From the IMG/VR virus record IMGVR_UViG_3300044591_002232, positions 124,001 through 188,000 of that record: a stretch of 64,000 nucleotides of DNA; one strand, given 5' to 3'. Numbering within the stretch: position 1 is the first letter of the stretch; each line of letters begins with the position of its first letter. Position numbers and translations under genes: made by a program. Positions 38,693 through 48,347 of the stretch are shown piece by piece. The notes under the pieces are model-generated. The model saw only the letters and a list, made by a program, of their open reading frames with translations. It had not been told where the DNA came from and made no database searches.

Positions 38693-40012
38693 ATGTCTGA
38701 AAGAATTGTAGGTGCTCTTGCCAAGATGAAAGAGCTTTATGTTGAGCAGGTTCGTGACAATGATCCTCAACAAAGAGTTCTAGAAGAAAAAATGCAACAG
38801 GTTACTGAATATAAAAAAAATAAACTAGATCCAGTTGGGCAAGAAGATAGTGACATTGATAATGATGGTGATACTGATAAAACTGATAGATATCTTCTAA
38901 AACGAAGAGCCGTAAGAACTAGGCAAATAAATAAGAATATTAAACCACCAGTAGCTGAAAATATTTTTTATAGCTGGAGAGACACTGTAGAAGAATCTCT
39001 TCTTCATGAAATCAATGACGTTTCGGACAATAAGATTGTAAAAGAAAAGAAAGTTGATAATTATTCAGGTAAAACCCCTGTGGTTACCATAAATCCTGAA
39101 ATGAAAACTGAATCAGTTCTGATTGATTCTGAAGAACTCAATGAAGATTTTATTGAAGAATCCATTGACATTGCAACCGAATATCTTTGTGAAGAAGGTC
39201 TTTCTGTTGAGGATGTTGAGGATCTTATTGATGAACTTGGGGCTGAAGAATTTAGTGAGTGGGTTATGCAACTTGGTTATGAGACACTTCTTGATGAAGA
39301 AAGAACAGCCAAAAGGGCAAAACCAAAAAAAACAGTAGAGCAAATTAAGGCCGAAATCGATTCTAGAGAAAAGGCAGCAGCCGCTAAAAAAGCCGTCTCT
39401 AAAAAACCAACAACTGTTTCTTCAAAAGCAGCAACACCAGCGCCCAAATCTTCTCGCCCCCCTGGTCAAGAACGAATTATTAAAGGTGCTAAAAGTATTG
39501 CACAATCGGCAGGTTCTCCTGAAAATATTAGGACTACAGTGAGAGGTGCTCTTGATACTGTTTCCAGAGGAGCCCTTTCTGCTGCCAAAGGTCATCAAAG
39601 AGCAATGGAAATTAAAAAGAAAGGTGGTTCTCTTGCCCAACAACTTGGTGGTGGAGCTGGGGCTGCTCTCGGGAGTTTCTTTAAAAAAGGAACTGCTCAA
39701 TTTAGAGAATGGGTAGACAGCCTTCTAGAAGAAGGTTATGATCTTTCCGAATACACCTGGGACGAACTGTATGAAGAGTATAAACTTCAAGAAAAAGCGG
39801 TTTCTGAACAACAACAAAAACTCTTTGGGTTGGCTCTTTCTGTAAAAAGGGGTGAAACCTCAAGAGATAAAGTGAGTCCAGAAGTTCTAAAAATTGTGAA
39901 TACCATGAGCGAGGCAGAAATTCGCAAATATGCCGCAACTCAACATGAGGATGTTCCCGAAAAGAAAGAGCTTGCAGAGAAAGTTATTCAATTTGTTAGA
40001 CAAAACAGCTAA
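38693..40012 (+). CDS. Late modular acidic/basic protein
   Basis: DSDIDNDGDTDKTD motif, EWVDSLLEEGYDL module, K/A-rich centre. Confidence 0.7.
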   Translation: MSERIVGALAKMKELYVEQVRDNDPQQRVLEEKMQQVTEYKKNKLDPVGQEDSDIDNDGDTDKTDRYLLKRRAVRTRQINKNIKPPVAENIFYSWRDTVEESLLHEINDVSDNKIVKEKKVDNYSGKTPVVTINPEMKTESVLIDSEELNEDFIEESIDIATEYLCEEGLSVEDVEDLIDELGAEEFSEWVMQLGYETLLDEERTAKRAKPKKTVEQIKAEIDSREKAAAAKKAVSKKPTTVSSKAATPAPKSSRPPGQERIIKGAKSIAQSAGSPENIRTTVRGALDTVSRGALSAAKGHQRAMEIKKKGGSLAQQLGGGAGAALGSFFKKGTAQFREWVDSLLEEGYDLSEYTWDELYEEYKLQEKAVSEQQQKLFGLALSVKRGETSRDKVSPEVLKIVNTMSEAEIRKYAATQHEDVPEKKELAEKVIQFVRQNS

Positions 40013-40050
40013 TTTCTAAATAGTTATGTCCCCCATTAAAGGATAAAACA

Positions 40051-40227
40051 ATGTCATTTAGCTGGAATCTAATTCTTGTTGCTGCAGAAAAAGTAGTTGA
40101 TTTTTTCTGGCAATCCCGTGAGGTCAAGGAATTTGTTGTACATCTTCTAGAGCGTTATGCAAAGTCTACTGATACCGATATTGACAATATGGTAGTGGAT
40201 CTTGTTCGTACAAAACTTCTAGGTTGA
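40051..40227 (+). CDS. Small conserved hypothetical (58 aa, STDTDID motif)
   Basis: Read by eye; AGGA RBS. Confidence 0.6.
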   Translation: MSFSWNLILVAAEKVVDFFWQSREVKEFVVHLLERYAKSTDTDIDNMVVDLVRTKLLG

Positions 40228-40367
40228 TGAGAACATTGTCGTTGCTGGTGGGACTTCCTCCTGGTCTTATTTGGCTATCAGGAATTGTCCCACTACCGAC
40301 AATTTTGTTTGCACTTTTAATTACACCATTTTTGTGGATTTTTATAGATTTTGTTGCTGATGAATAA
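40227..40367 (+). CDS. Small hydrophobic protein (46 aa)
   Basis: TGATG-coupled; MRTLSLLVGLPPGLIWLSGIVPLPTILFALL... Confidence 0.4.
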   Translation: MRTLSLLVGLPPGLIWLSGIVPLPTILFALLITPFLWIFIDFVADE

Positions 40368-40410
40368 AATTACTAAATAGTATCATAAAGTTAAATTAGG
40401 AAAGATAACC

Positions 40411-40935
40411 ATGTCTCTTTGGGGCGTAAAAGACAATGTTGGTTCTGGTGGTCTAGTATCACTTAATTATTCAACTCTAGTTGTCACAGGAACCGGAACT
40501 ACTTTTGGACGAACAGGAGCCGCGTCTACTGGAGATGTGATTCGCTTCGGTAGTCGCTCTGGAACCTATTTTGGTGATGCTGTAATTGTTGGTATTGCAA
40601 GCACTACTCAACTATCCATCGCAAGTACTTCTGGTCTAAGTGGGGTGGGTATTGCAAGTACGGCATTTGAAGTAAGCCAACTACCAAAATACACTATTCA
40701 CGATCCCCACTATACTAAGAGGACTGGTATTAATACTACTTATGATGCTCTTGTTTATGGTGTTGCTCAGCAAGGAGCAAATGCCGCTGAAAATACCCGA
40801 TATGATCTGACTCATGCTGGTTGGGTTGGTGTTACTACTTATATGTGTGATGGTCAACTCAGGGTAAAGACCGAAACTCTGGTTGCAATGTCTGGAATTG
40901 AAACGGGTAATGTACCTGTTTATCCTCCCGCCTGA
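40411..40935 (+). CDS. Putative structural protein
   Basis: MSLWG start, HAGWVGV, RVKTETLVAMS; late promoter upstream. Confidence 0.65.
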   Translation: MSLWGVKDNVGSGGLVSLNYSTLVVTGTGTTFGRTGAASTGDVIRFGSRSGTYFGDAVIVGIASTTQLSIASTSGLSGVGIASTAFEVSQLPKYTIHDPHYTKRTGINTTYDALVYGVAQQGANAAENTRYDLTHAGWVGVTTYMCDGQLRVKTETLVAMSGIETGNVPVYPPA

Positions 40936-40945
40936 ATAATTTAAT

Positions 40946-41332
40946 ATGTTTTTTGATGAACTGAACGAAGATAATTTTCTTCTCTTTGCAATAAAAAATT
41001 ATAATAACCCACAAGGGCTAACCGAAAAGGATTTTTATAAAGATCTGACTCATTTTAGATATGTCAAAAGACATCTAAACAAATATGCCACTTGTGGGGA
41101 ATTAAAAATTAATCTTTTATTAAAGCATTTGATTATTATCTATAATATTTTTGGTGATGCAGCAACCCCAATGCTCTTCTTTAAAATGCCCCAAGAGCTT
41201 TGGAGTTTAATTAAAACTTTTATTGTTTTTTTGAATCGTCTTCCCGAATATCCTATTTGTTATATTCATCAGATTGAGATGGATGAATATTGTATGCAGA
41301 AACTCAAGGATCTCTCAAATGAAAAAAATTGA
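40946..41332 (+). CDS. Conserved T4-like hypothetical
   Basis: ELNEDNFLLFAIKNYNNP, LLLKHLIIIYNIFG. Confidence 0.75.
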   Translation: MFFDELNEDNFLLFAIKNYNNPQGLTEKDFYKDLTHFRYVKRHLNKYATCGELKINLLLKHLIIIYNIFGDAATPMLFFKMPQELWSLIKTFIVFLNRLPEYPICYIHQIEMDEYCMQKLKDLSNEKN

Positions 41333-41546
41333 CGAAATCATTCAGATGGTAAGAGAGGAAATGACAGTGGCAAATGCCCCTGGTCAGTCTGGTGGTTTCG
41401 GGGAAAATTCACCTAAAGAAGGACCGACTGCGGGATATTCACAGCCAATGTTTGGTCTAAGAAGAAATAAAAGTGGCAAATTAGACAAGAGAAATCCGTT
41501 TATTAAGAAGTATAAGATGCTTCTCCAGTCATTAGGACTTGCATAA
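41319..41546 (+). CDS. Small conserved hypothetical
   Basis: MKKIDEIIQMVREEMTVANAPG. Confidence 0.6.
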   Translation: MKKIDEIIQMVREEMTVANAPGQSGGFGENSPKEGPTAGYSQPMFGLRRNKSGKLDKRNPFIKKYKMLLQSLGLA

Positions 41547-41601
41547 ATAGTTATAATCTTAATGTTTTAGGTGAAAATACAACCATTCTCACTTAAAGCC
41601 C

Positions 41602-42057
41602 ATGTCAGAAGATTTAATCAAAGTTGCTGTTCTAGAGCAACGAGTTCAAGACCTTAAAGAATTTGTTCTTAAGGTTGATGAAGCAATCGAAAAAATAAGC
41701 CAGGTAAATGTCAGCCTGACAAAAATGATTGCGGTTCATGAAGAAAAAATTGACACTAGAGAAAGAGCCGAAAAGAGTCTTAATGAAAAAATAGACACAA
41801 TCTATACACAAATGCAGGAAGATCATAAAAATGTTCTTACTGAAATAAAGACACTAAGTACTAATATTGATAAGCGTCTAACTGATGTAGAAAAAGGTCA
41901 AAATAAAATTAATCTAAAAATCGCTGTGGTTCTAGGCATCGGTGCATTTCTTGGATTTGTCATTCAGAACTCTGGGTTCTTTGTTAAGATCCTGGCACAT
42001 CCACAGCACTTGACAACTCCTGTTCCTCATGCTACAATGGCCCCAGTCCAGAAGTGA
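41602..42057 (+). CDS. Coiled-coil protein with C-terminal hydrophobic segment
   Basis: VAVLEQ..KIDEAIEKI..MIAVHEEKI; IAVVLGIGAFLGFVI. Confidence 0.65.
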   Translation: MSEDLIKVAVLEQRVQDLKEFVLKVDEAIEKISQVNVSLTKMIAVHEEKIDTRERAEKSLNEKIDTIYTQMQEDHKNVLTEIKTLSTNIDKRLTDVEKGQNKINLKIAVVLGIGAFLGFVIQNSGFFVKILAHPQHLTTPVPHATMAPVQK

Positions 42058-42063
42058 TGTGAA

Positions 42064-43065
42064 TTGGATTTTATTGATGAAACCTTTATTGAACGTGTTG
42101 CACCTAGACTACAAAACTTCAAGAAAGTAAAACCTAAACTTTATAATTTTCGATGTCCCTATTGTGGCGACTCTTCTAGATCTAAAAAAAAGGCCAGAGG
42201 ATATCTCTATCCGGTAGATAATAACACGAATTATAAGTGCCATAACTGCGGAATCAGTATTTCTCTTAATAACTTTTTAAAAGAAATAGACCCACCTCTT
42301 TATAAAGAGTTTACAATTGAAAAATATAAGGCTGGCTTTACTGGAAAGAATTTTGTTGTTGAGGCTCCTAAATTTGAAATATCAAAACCAAATTTTAGAG
42401 AAAGAGTTGGGCTTCCGGCTGCATCTAAAAATGATGTTGCAAGACAATATCTCTTAAAAAGAAAAATTGATCCGGATAAGTTTTATTATACCGAAAACTT
42501 CAAACAATGGATCAATGAAATTACTTATGAGCCAAATCTTTTAGAAGAGCCTAGAATAGTAATACCTTTGTACTATAATAAGAAATTAATAGGAGTACAA
42601 GGCCGAGCCCTTAATTCTTCTTCGGTAAAATACATCACAATCATGTTTGATGAACATTCTCCGAAGATTTATAATTATGATAATGTTAATAAAAAAGAAT
42701 TTGTTTATGTCCTAGAAGGACCTTTTGATTCTTACTTTATTAAAAATTCGGTCGCCATGTGCGGGGCCGATTTAGATCTAAAAAGTCTAAATATCTATTA
42801 CCCGGTATATGTTTATGACAACGAACCTCGCAACCAAGAAATACATTCTAGAATGTCAAAGGTAATCAAAGAGGGTTATTCAATAGTCATATGGCCAGAT
42901 ACAATAAAACAAAAAGACGTTAATGATGCAGTTCTTGCGGGAATTGATGTTGAGGACGTTTTGTCCAAAAATATTTACAAAGACCTAGAAGCACAACTTA
43001 AATTCAACTATTGGAAGAAAAATGAGCGAAGAAATCAAAGTCAAAAAACGCAATGGCACTATTGA
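42064..43065 (+). CDS. gp61: DNA primase
   Basis: FRCPYCGDS..KCHNCG zinc finger, VLEGPFDS, YDNEPRN, KDVND. Confidence 0.93.
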   Translation: MDFIDETFIERVAPRLQNFKKVKPKLYNFRCPYCGDSSRSKKKARGYLYPVDNNTNYKCHNCGISISLNNFLKEIDPPLYKEFTIEKYKAGFTGKNFVVEAPKFEISKPNFRERVGLPAASKNDVARQYLLKRKIDPDKFYYTENFKQWINEITYEPNLLEEPRIVIPLYYNKKLIGVQGRALNSSSVKYITIMFDEHSPKIYNYDNVNKKEFVYVLEGPFDSYFIKNSVAMCGADLDLKSLNIYYPVYVYDNEPRNQEIHSRMSKVIKEGYSIVIWPDTIKQKDVNDAVLAGIDVEDVLSKNIYKDLEAQLKFNYWKKNERRNQSQKTQWHY

Positions 43066-44074
43066 GCCATTGCAACTTTCTAAACTCCATGAAATGGTCG
43101 CCTGCGCCTGTGAGGGCCTTTCTGGAGTTTCAGTATCTCAGGTAGAAATGGCATCTGGGATTCAATTTTATGATGGTATTTCAACCAATGAAATTCAAGA
43201 AATCTTGATCAAGGCCGCATCTGATCTTATTTCTCTAGATAATCCTAATTATCAATACGTGGCCGCAAGACTTCTTCTGTTTTCAATTCGGAAGAAGATC
43301 TATGGTGGTCGAATTGATCTACCTCATCTGAGTGAGCACATTAAAAAGTGTGTAGACCTTGGTGTTTATGATGCCTCCATTTATGAGAACTATTCTGAAG
43401 AAGAACTAGATCTGGTCAATTCTTTTATTGACCATGACCGGGATCTTTTGTTTACTTATGCTGGCCTTCGGCAGGTAGTTGATAAGTATCTTGTGCAAGA
43501 CCGAGTGGATAATGTTCTTTATGAGACTCCTCAGTTTATGTACTTGGTGATTGCACTTACTGGTTTTGCAAAGTATCCTAAAGACAAAAGGATGTCTTAT
43601 GTAAAGCGTTATTATGATGCAATTAGCAAGCATAAAATTAATATTCCTACACCAATTCTTGCAGGAGTCAGAACCAAACTGAGGCAATATAGTAGTTGTG
43701 TTCTTGTTGATGTAGGAGATAGTCTTTCTAGTATCGAGGCTAGTGACGCTGCGGTTTTTAGATATGTTGCACAGCGAGCCGGTCTAGGTATTAATGCTGG
43801 GCGTATTAGGGGGATAAACAGTAAAATTCGTGGCGGTGAAGTTGTCCACACTGGAGTTATTCCTTATCTGAAAAAGTTTGAGGCCACTGTAAAAAGTTGT
43901 ACGCAAAATGGAATTCGCGGGGGTTGTTTTGATTCTGATTCTGAAGTTTTATTAATTGATAGTGTAGAAATTGATGGTAAAATTTATACACTCGATGATG
44001 AAATTGATGGGGTTAAAGTGTCTGAAATTATAAATAGTCATAACGGAAATAAAACCGTTATGTTATTGGAGTAA
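43022..44074 (+). CDS. nrdA: NrdA fragment 1 (301-aa extein with ATP cone plus 49-aa split-intein N-half)
   Basis: VKKRNG ATP cone, PTPILAG, SSCVL, TQNGIRGG then CFDSDSEV. Confidence 0.93.
   Translation: MSEEIKVKKRNGTIEPLQLSKLHEMVACACEGLSGVSVSQVEMASGIQFYDGISTNEIQEILIKAASDLISLDNPNYQYVAARLLLFSIRKKIYGGRIDLPHLSEHIKKCVDLGVYDASIYENYSEEELDLVNSFIDHDRDLLFTYAGLRQVVDKYLVQDRVDNVLYETPQFMYLVIALTGFAKYPKDKRMSYVKRYYDAISKHKINIPTPILAGVRTKLRQYSSCVLVDVGDSLSSIEASDAAVFRYVAQRAGLGINAGRIRGINSKIRGGEVVHTGVIPYLKKFEATVKSCTQNGIRGGCFDSDSEVLLIDSVEIDGKIYTLDDEIDGVKVSEIINSHNGNKTVMLLE
43925..44071 (+). mobile_element. Split intein 1, N-half (49 aa, atypically short)
   Basis: Begins with Cys (CFDSDSEVLL) exactly where NrdA homology stops. 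Confidence 0.75.
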
Positions 44075-44077
44075 AAA

Positions 44078-45073
44078 ATGGAAGACTTAATTTGGAACGA
44101 AGAAACGATTAGAAAAAGTAGATCTCCTTTTAGTATCTACTTTTATCTTAAAAAAACCAATGGAAATCAAGAGGAAGCTCAGAAACTTTACAGGGAATTT
44201 TTGGATAAAAATGTACCATTTAAAGAAAAACATAATAGACCCAATGCAAAAGAGTATTGGATGACCCGAGGATTTAGCGAAGAAGAAGCCATAATAAAGG
44301 TTAGGGAATTTCAATCTAAGCCTTTAGATTTGGAAATTTATATTGAGAAGTACGGAGAGGAGGAGGGTCTAGCTAAGTTTAATAAAAGAAAAGAAAATCT
44401 TCAAAATAGATTTGATGTTGAGATTAAAAATGTTCAACAAAAATTAAATTGCAGTTATGATGAGGCATATGAATATTGTTGCCAAAGAAGGAGAAGTTGT
44501 TCTCCTAGAACAGTAGATTATTGGTTAAATAGGGGCCATTCATTGGAGGATGCAAAAAAATTAGTATCAAAATTTTCAAAAGAAAGTAGTCCAAGAAGCA
44601 TATATTATTGGATCAGAATTGGTTATACCGAAGAAGAAGCAAAATTAAAAGTTTCTGAATATCAAGATAACAATTCTATAAGTGCCATAATGAAACGATA
44701 TGGGTGCGATAAATTTGAGGCTCTTGATATACAAGAATCTATACTTGAAAAAACCAAAAAAACTAATATTCAAAATAAAAAGAGTGTCGAAATTGGTGAT
44801 GAATATGCTTTTTTCGTTTATAAAAAGGAGGTTCAACGCGAAACAAAAAAAACTCTAAGATTGTATAAAGATACTTTTGTCAAAACTGATAAAAGTCAAA
44901 CTCTAGATCATATGTATAGCGTTTTTTGGGGTTTTTATAATGATGTTCCTCCAAAAATAATTGGATCTATTTATAATCTTAGATATGTTTCTCAATCAGA
45001 AAACTCAAAAAAACAATCTAATTGCTCAATAACACTCGAAACCTTATTAGAAAAGTACGAAAATGGAAATTAA
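44078..45073 (+). CDS. Free-standing HNH-like homing endonuclease inside fractured nrdA
   Basis: YW..RG.S.EEA repeats; LDHMYS..GF.N.VPP.IIGS..NL...N..K...CSIT. Confidence 0.7.
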   Translation: MEDLIWNEETIRKSRSPFSIYFYLKKTNGNQEEAQKLYREFLDKNVPFKEKHNRPNAKEYWMTRGFSEEEAIIKVREFQSKPLDLEIYIEKYGEEEGLAKFNKRKENLQNRFDVEIKNVQQKLNCSYDEAYEYCCQRRRSCSPRTVDYWLNRGHSLEDAKKLVSKFSKESSPRSIYYWIRIGYTEEEAKLKVSEYQDNNSISAIMKRYGCDKFEALDIQESILEKTKKTNIQNKKSVEIGDEYAFFVYKKEVQRETKKTLRLYKDTFVKTDKSQTLDHMYSVFWGFYNDVPPKIIGSIYNLRYVSQSENSKKQSNCSITLETLLEKYENGN

Positions 45074-45464
45074 AATTAATCTGGCAAAGAAAAGAATTTC
45101 AGATGTCTCCGTTGGAGATAGAGTCTATTGTTATAACGAATTTGATGATAAATTTTGTGTTGGAAATGTAACAAATTTATTTACTCCAACAATAAAAAAA
45201 GAATATCAGGAAGAAATTCTTATTGGTGGGGAGGCTGTTTATACTTCTAGTATTCATCCTTTTTATGATGGTCTTAATAAGAAATGGGTGGACTCACGGG
45301 AAATCGACAACATTTTTGGATTAGGGGTTTATGGTGATTATATTGACATTTTAAATGATCATAATTATAAATCTAATTGTGATAAAACTTTTTATGATTT
45401 TACTGTTGATAAATATCACAACTATTTTGTCGGCAAAAATGGAAAATTTACTTTAACTCATAAT
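45063..45464 (+). mobile_element. Split intein 1, C-half (134 aa)
   Basis: ISDVSVGDRV, block B TSSIHPF, block F YDFTVDKYHNYF, block G THN followed by Ser. Confidence 0.8.
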
Positions 45465-47219
45465 TCATCCACAGTATTTTTTCCTGTGTGGCACCAAGAA
45501 ATCGAGGATATTATTGTATTAAAAAATAATAAAGGCTCAGAAGATAATCGTGTTCGCAACCTTGATTATGCCATTCAGCTGAGTAAAATTTTTTATGAGC
45601 GATTTATTCAGGATGGAGAAATTACTCTGTTTTCACCTCATAATGTTCCAGGTCTTTATGAAAAATTTGGTTTAGATGGATTTGATGAACTTTATGTAAA
45701 GTATGAAAATGATCCTTCTATTCCAAAGAAAAAAGTAAAGGCCCAAGAGCTTATTATTGATATCTTGAAAGAGCGTGCAGAGACTGGTCGGATTTATCTT
45801 ATGAATATCGATCATTGTAATTCACATGGTCCTTTTAAGGATCAGATTACAATGAGTAACCTTTGTGTTGCTGGTGATACTAAAATTGAAATTGAAATTT
45901 TTGTTAAAGATATTAATGATTACAGGTGGGCAACAATTGACATAAAAAATTTAAATGATTTTATTAACAATCCAGAGTATGGGAATCTGAGAGTTCTTTC
46001 TTACGACCTTAATACTAGAACGAATGTAACCCAATCTATTACTGCATTTGCCGAAACTTTACCAAAAGCCCAGGTAATGAAACTTAGGCTCAGTAATAAT
46101 GTCGAAATCGTTGTTACCCCAGATCATAAGGTTTATACCAAAAATCGAAGCTATGTTATGGCCAAGGATCTGACTGCTTATGATGAATTAGTTTCACCAA
46201 AATTGAATGAATCTCTAAAAGTTGTTTCAACCGAATATCTTGAGGAAGAAATTCCTGTTTATGATATTACTGTAGAAGGAACTCATAATTTCTTTGCAAA
46301 TGGAGTTCTTGTTTCCAATTGTATGGAAATCCTTCTAAAAACTACCCCGATTGAACATATTGATGATGTAGATGGATCTATTGCTCTTTGTATTCTTTCT
46401 TGTGTTAATGTAGGTACAATTAAGTCTGATAAAGAGCTTGAAGAATGTTGTGATCTTTCTGTTAGATTCTTAGATGAGCTAATTGACCATCAGGAATATC
46501 CTGTTAAGGCCGCCGAATTAACAACCAAGGCTAGTCGTTCTCTAGGTATTGGTTATATTGGTCTGGCTCATTATCTTGCTAAATTGGGATTTAAATATTC
46601 TGATCCTGGTGCATGGGGAGCTGTCCATAAACTAACTGAAAGTTTTCAGTATTATCTTCTAAAATCATCCAATAATCTAGCAAAAGAAAAGGGTGCATGT
46701 GACAACTTTAAACACACTAAGTATTCTGATGGAATTCTTCCAATTGATACTTATAAGAAAGAAGTTGATGAAATTTGTGATGTAGAATATACTCATGACT
46801 GGGAACAACTTCGTCAGGATATTTTAGAACATGGTCTTCGCCATACTACACTCTCCTCTCAACCCCCAACGGAGAGTTGCCTTTTTTGGGAACATAAGAT
46901 TAAAACTTCTACCGGGGAAATGGACTTCCATCAAATTGCCGAATATGGTGGACTTGATTGGAGAGGGATTGAGGAAAATGATGCAATCGGCTGGTATGAC
47001 CTGAACAAGACTATTACAGTTGAAACTCAAGATGGATACAAAGAAGTTGATAAACTTTATTTCAATGGAAATAAAGAAGTTGCGACTATTACCTTTGAAA
47101 ATGGTAAAGTGATTAAGTGTACACCCAATCATAAGTTTTTGGTTCGACTAGAAAATGGTTCCACTATCTGGAAGCGAGTTTATGAATTGAATGAAGATGA
47201 CGAAGTAGTTGAGATTTAA
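45063..47219 (+). CDS. nrdA: NrdA fragment 2 (IntC1 - extein - cis intein - extein - IntN2)
   Basis: LTHN|SSTVFFPVWHQEIEDI; ERAETGRIY; SNL|C...SN|CMEIL; RSLGIGYIGLA; QPPTES|CLF. Confidence 0.93.
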   Translation: MEIKINLAKKRISDVSVGDRVYCYNEFDDKFCVGNVTNLFTPTIKKEYQEEILIGGEAVYTSSIHPFYDGLNKKWVDSREIDNIFGLGVYGDYIDILNDHNYKSNCDKTFYDFTVDKYHNYFVGKNGKFTLTHNSSTVFFPVWHQEIEDIIVLKNNKGSEDNRVRNLDYAIQLSKIFYERFIQDGEITLFSPHNVPGLYEKFGLDGFDELYVKYENDPSIPKKKVKAQELIIDILKERAETGRIYLMNIDHCNSHGPFKDQITMSNLCVAGDTKIEIEIFVKDINDYRWATIDIKNLNDFINNPEYGNLRVLSYDLNTRTNVTQSITAFAETLPKAQVMKLRLSNNVEIVVTPDHKVYTKNRSYVMAKDLTAYDELVSPKLNESLKVVSTEYLEEEIPVYDITVEGTHNFFANGVLVSNCMEILLKTTPIEHIDDVDGSIALCILSCVNVGTIKSDKELEECCDLSVRFLDELIDHQEYPVKAAELTTKASRSLGIGYIGLAHYLAKLGFKYSDPGAWGAVHKLTESFQYYLLKSSNNLAKEKGACDNFKHTKYSDGILPIDTYKKEVDEICDVEYTHDWEQLRQDILEHGLRHTTLSSQPPTESCLFWEHKIKTSTGEMDFHQIAEYGGLDWRGIEENDAIGWYDLNKTITVETQDGYKEVDKLYFNGNKEVATITFENGKVIKCTPNHKFLVRLENGSTIWKRVYELNEDDEVVEI
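45864..46319 (+). mobile_element. Cis mini-intein (152 aa) at the NrdA active-site SNL|CxE
   Basis: CVAGDT, VTPDHKVY, YDITVEGTHNFFANGVLVSN followed by Cys. Confidence 0.9.
46878..47216 (+). mobile_element. Split intein 2, N-half (113 aa)
   Basis: CLFWEHKI, CTPNHKF, ELNEDDEV then stop. Confidence 0.88.
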
Positions 47220-47270
47220 TGCGTTGATGCCTTCACTTTACTAAATAATAATAGTTTAGTAAAGGCATCA

Positions 47271-48347
47271 ATGAAGACAAAACTAGTTACTTTAATGAAA
47301 ACCAGATTTAACATTTTAACCCCGCACGAACTCTTAACAGAATTGAAACAAATCGGAAAAATTGACTATAGGTCATTAAGAAAGCCATTTGAAGAAACCC
47401 CGCCAGAGAGATTTGATCTTGAGGTTATTAAAAAATATGTTAGTTATGTTTTTCTATACCCAAATAAAAGAAAACTTCAATATGAACCAGAATATTGGAT
47501 GTACAGAAGGAACCTTTCTTATAATGAAGCTGTTGAGCTTATTAAACAAAATAAAATAGATAATGGTCAAACAAAAGAGGCTTTTATAAAAAGATATGGA
47601 GAAGAAAAAGGATTAGAAATGTATGAAAAATTTAGATTAACCAGCGCATATCCGTCTTCCGATGAATGGTTCAAAGAAAAATATGGGGAAACATGGGAAG
47701 AAGAAAAAGCATATGCTATGAAAAGAAAATCTAAACGAACTGTAGAATATTGGACCCATCGTGGATATAGTTTAGAAGAAGCTAAAATTGAAGTTAGTAA
47801 ATATCAAAGATCAACCTCTGGTGTTCATAGAGAATATTATAGACAAAGAGGATATAGTGAAGATGAAATTGCTGTTATTTTTAATGAAATAGATAAGAAA
47901 AAACCCAATCATAAAAGAAACACCAATTATCTCCGTGAAAAATACCCCGATACTTGGCAAGAGATTTATCTTGAAGTATCTGAAAAATATAGAAAAAGAA
48001 TGGAGGAGTTAGGAGTATGGATTGAAAATGACATTGCTGACGACTTTAAAAAATATAAAACGCTTGTAATTAGATATACTAATCAGAGTTTATTATTTTA
48101 TGGAGAATTGATTGAGAATTTAGAATTGAGATCTAAAGACTTTCAATTAGATCACAAATATTCAATTAAAATGGGATTTATAAATAATATTCCAGCTGAA
48201 ATAATTGGATCAATAGTAAATTTAGAGATACTTCCAGCGAGTATTAATGGCTCAAAACAACATAAATGTTCTATTACTAAAACCCACCTTTTAACCGAGT
48301 ACAAAAAATTTAAGGAGACACATGAAAGTAAAAACGATTCAATTTGA
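47271..48347 (+). CDS. Second free-standing HNH-like homing endonuclease inside nrdA
   Basis: YW..RGYSLEEA repeats; LDHKYS..GF.NNIPAEIIGS..NL...N.SK..KCSIT; late promoter 47241. Confidence 0.72.
   Translation: MKTKLVTLMKTRFNILTPHELLTELKQIGKIDYRSLRKPFEETPPERFDLEVIKKYVSYVFLYPNKRKLQYEPEYWMYRRNLSYNEAVELIKQNKIDNGQTKEAFIKRYGEEKGLEMYEKFRLTSAYPSSDEWFKEKYGETWEEEKAYAMKRKSKRTVEYWTHRGYSLEEAKIEVSKYQRSTSGVHREYYRQRGYSEDEIAVIFNEIDKKKPNHKRNTNYLREKYPDTWQEIYLEVSEKYRKRMEELGVWIENDIADDFKKYKTLVIRYTNQSLLFYGELIENLELRSKDFQLDHKYSIKMGFINNIPAEIIGSIVNLEILPASINGSKQHKCSITKTHLLTEYKKFKETHESKNDSI

Noticed and set aside
44072-45073. Group I intron or stop read-through explaining the first nrdA break
   Set aside because: Only 3 nt separate the stop from the endonuclease ATG and the next ORF overlaps it, leaving no room for an intron core. 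The endonuclease and IntC are in different frames, and TAA ends many normal genes here
47220-48347. Intron at the second nrdA break
   Set aside because: No P/Q/R/S elements are seen; the gap holds a late promoter, and both intein halves are complete for trans-splicing
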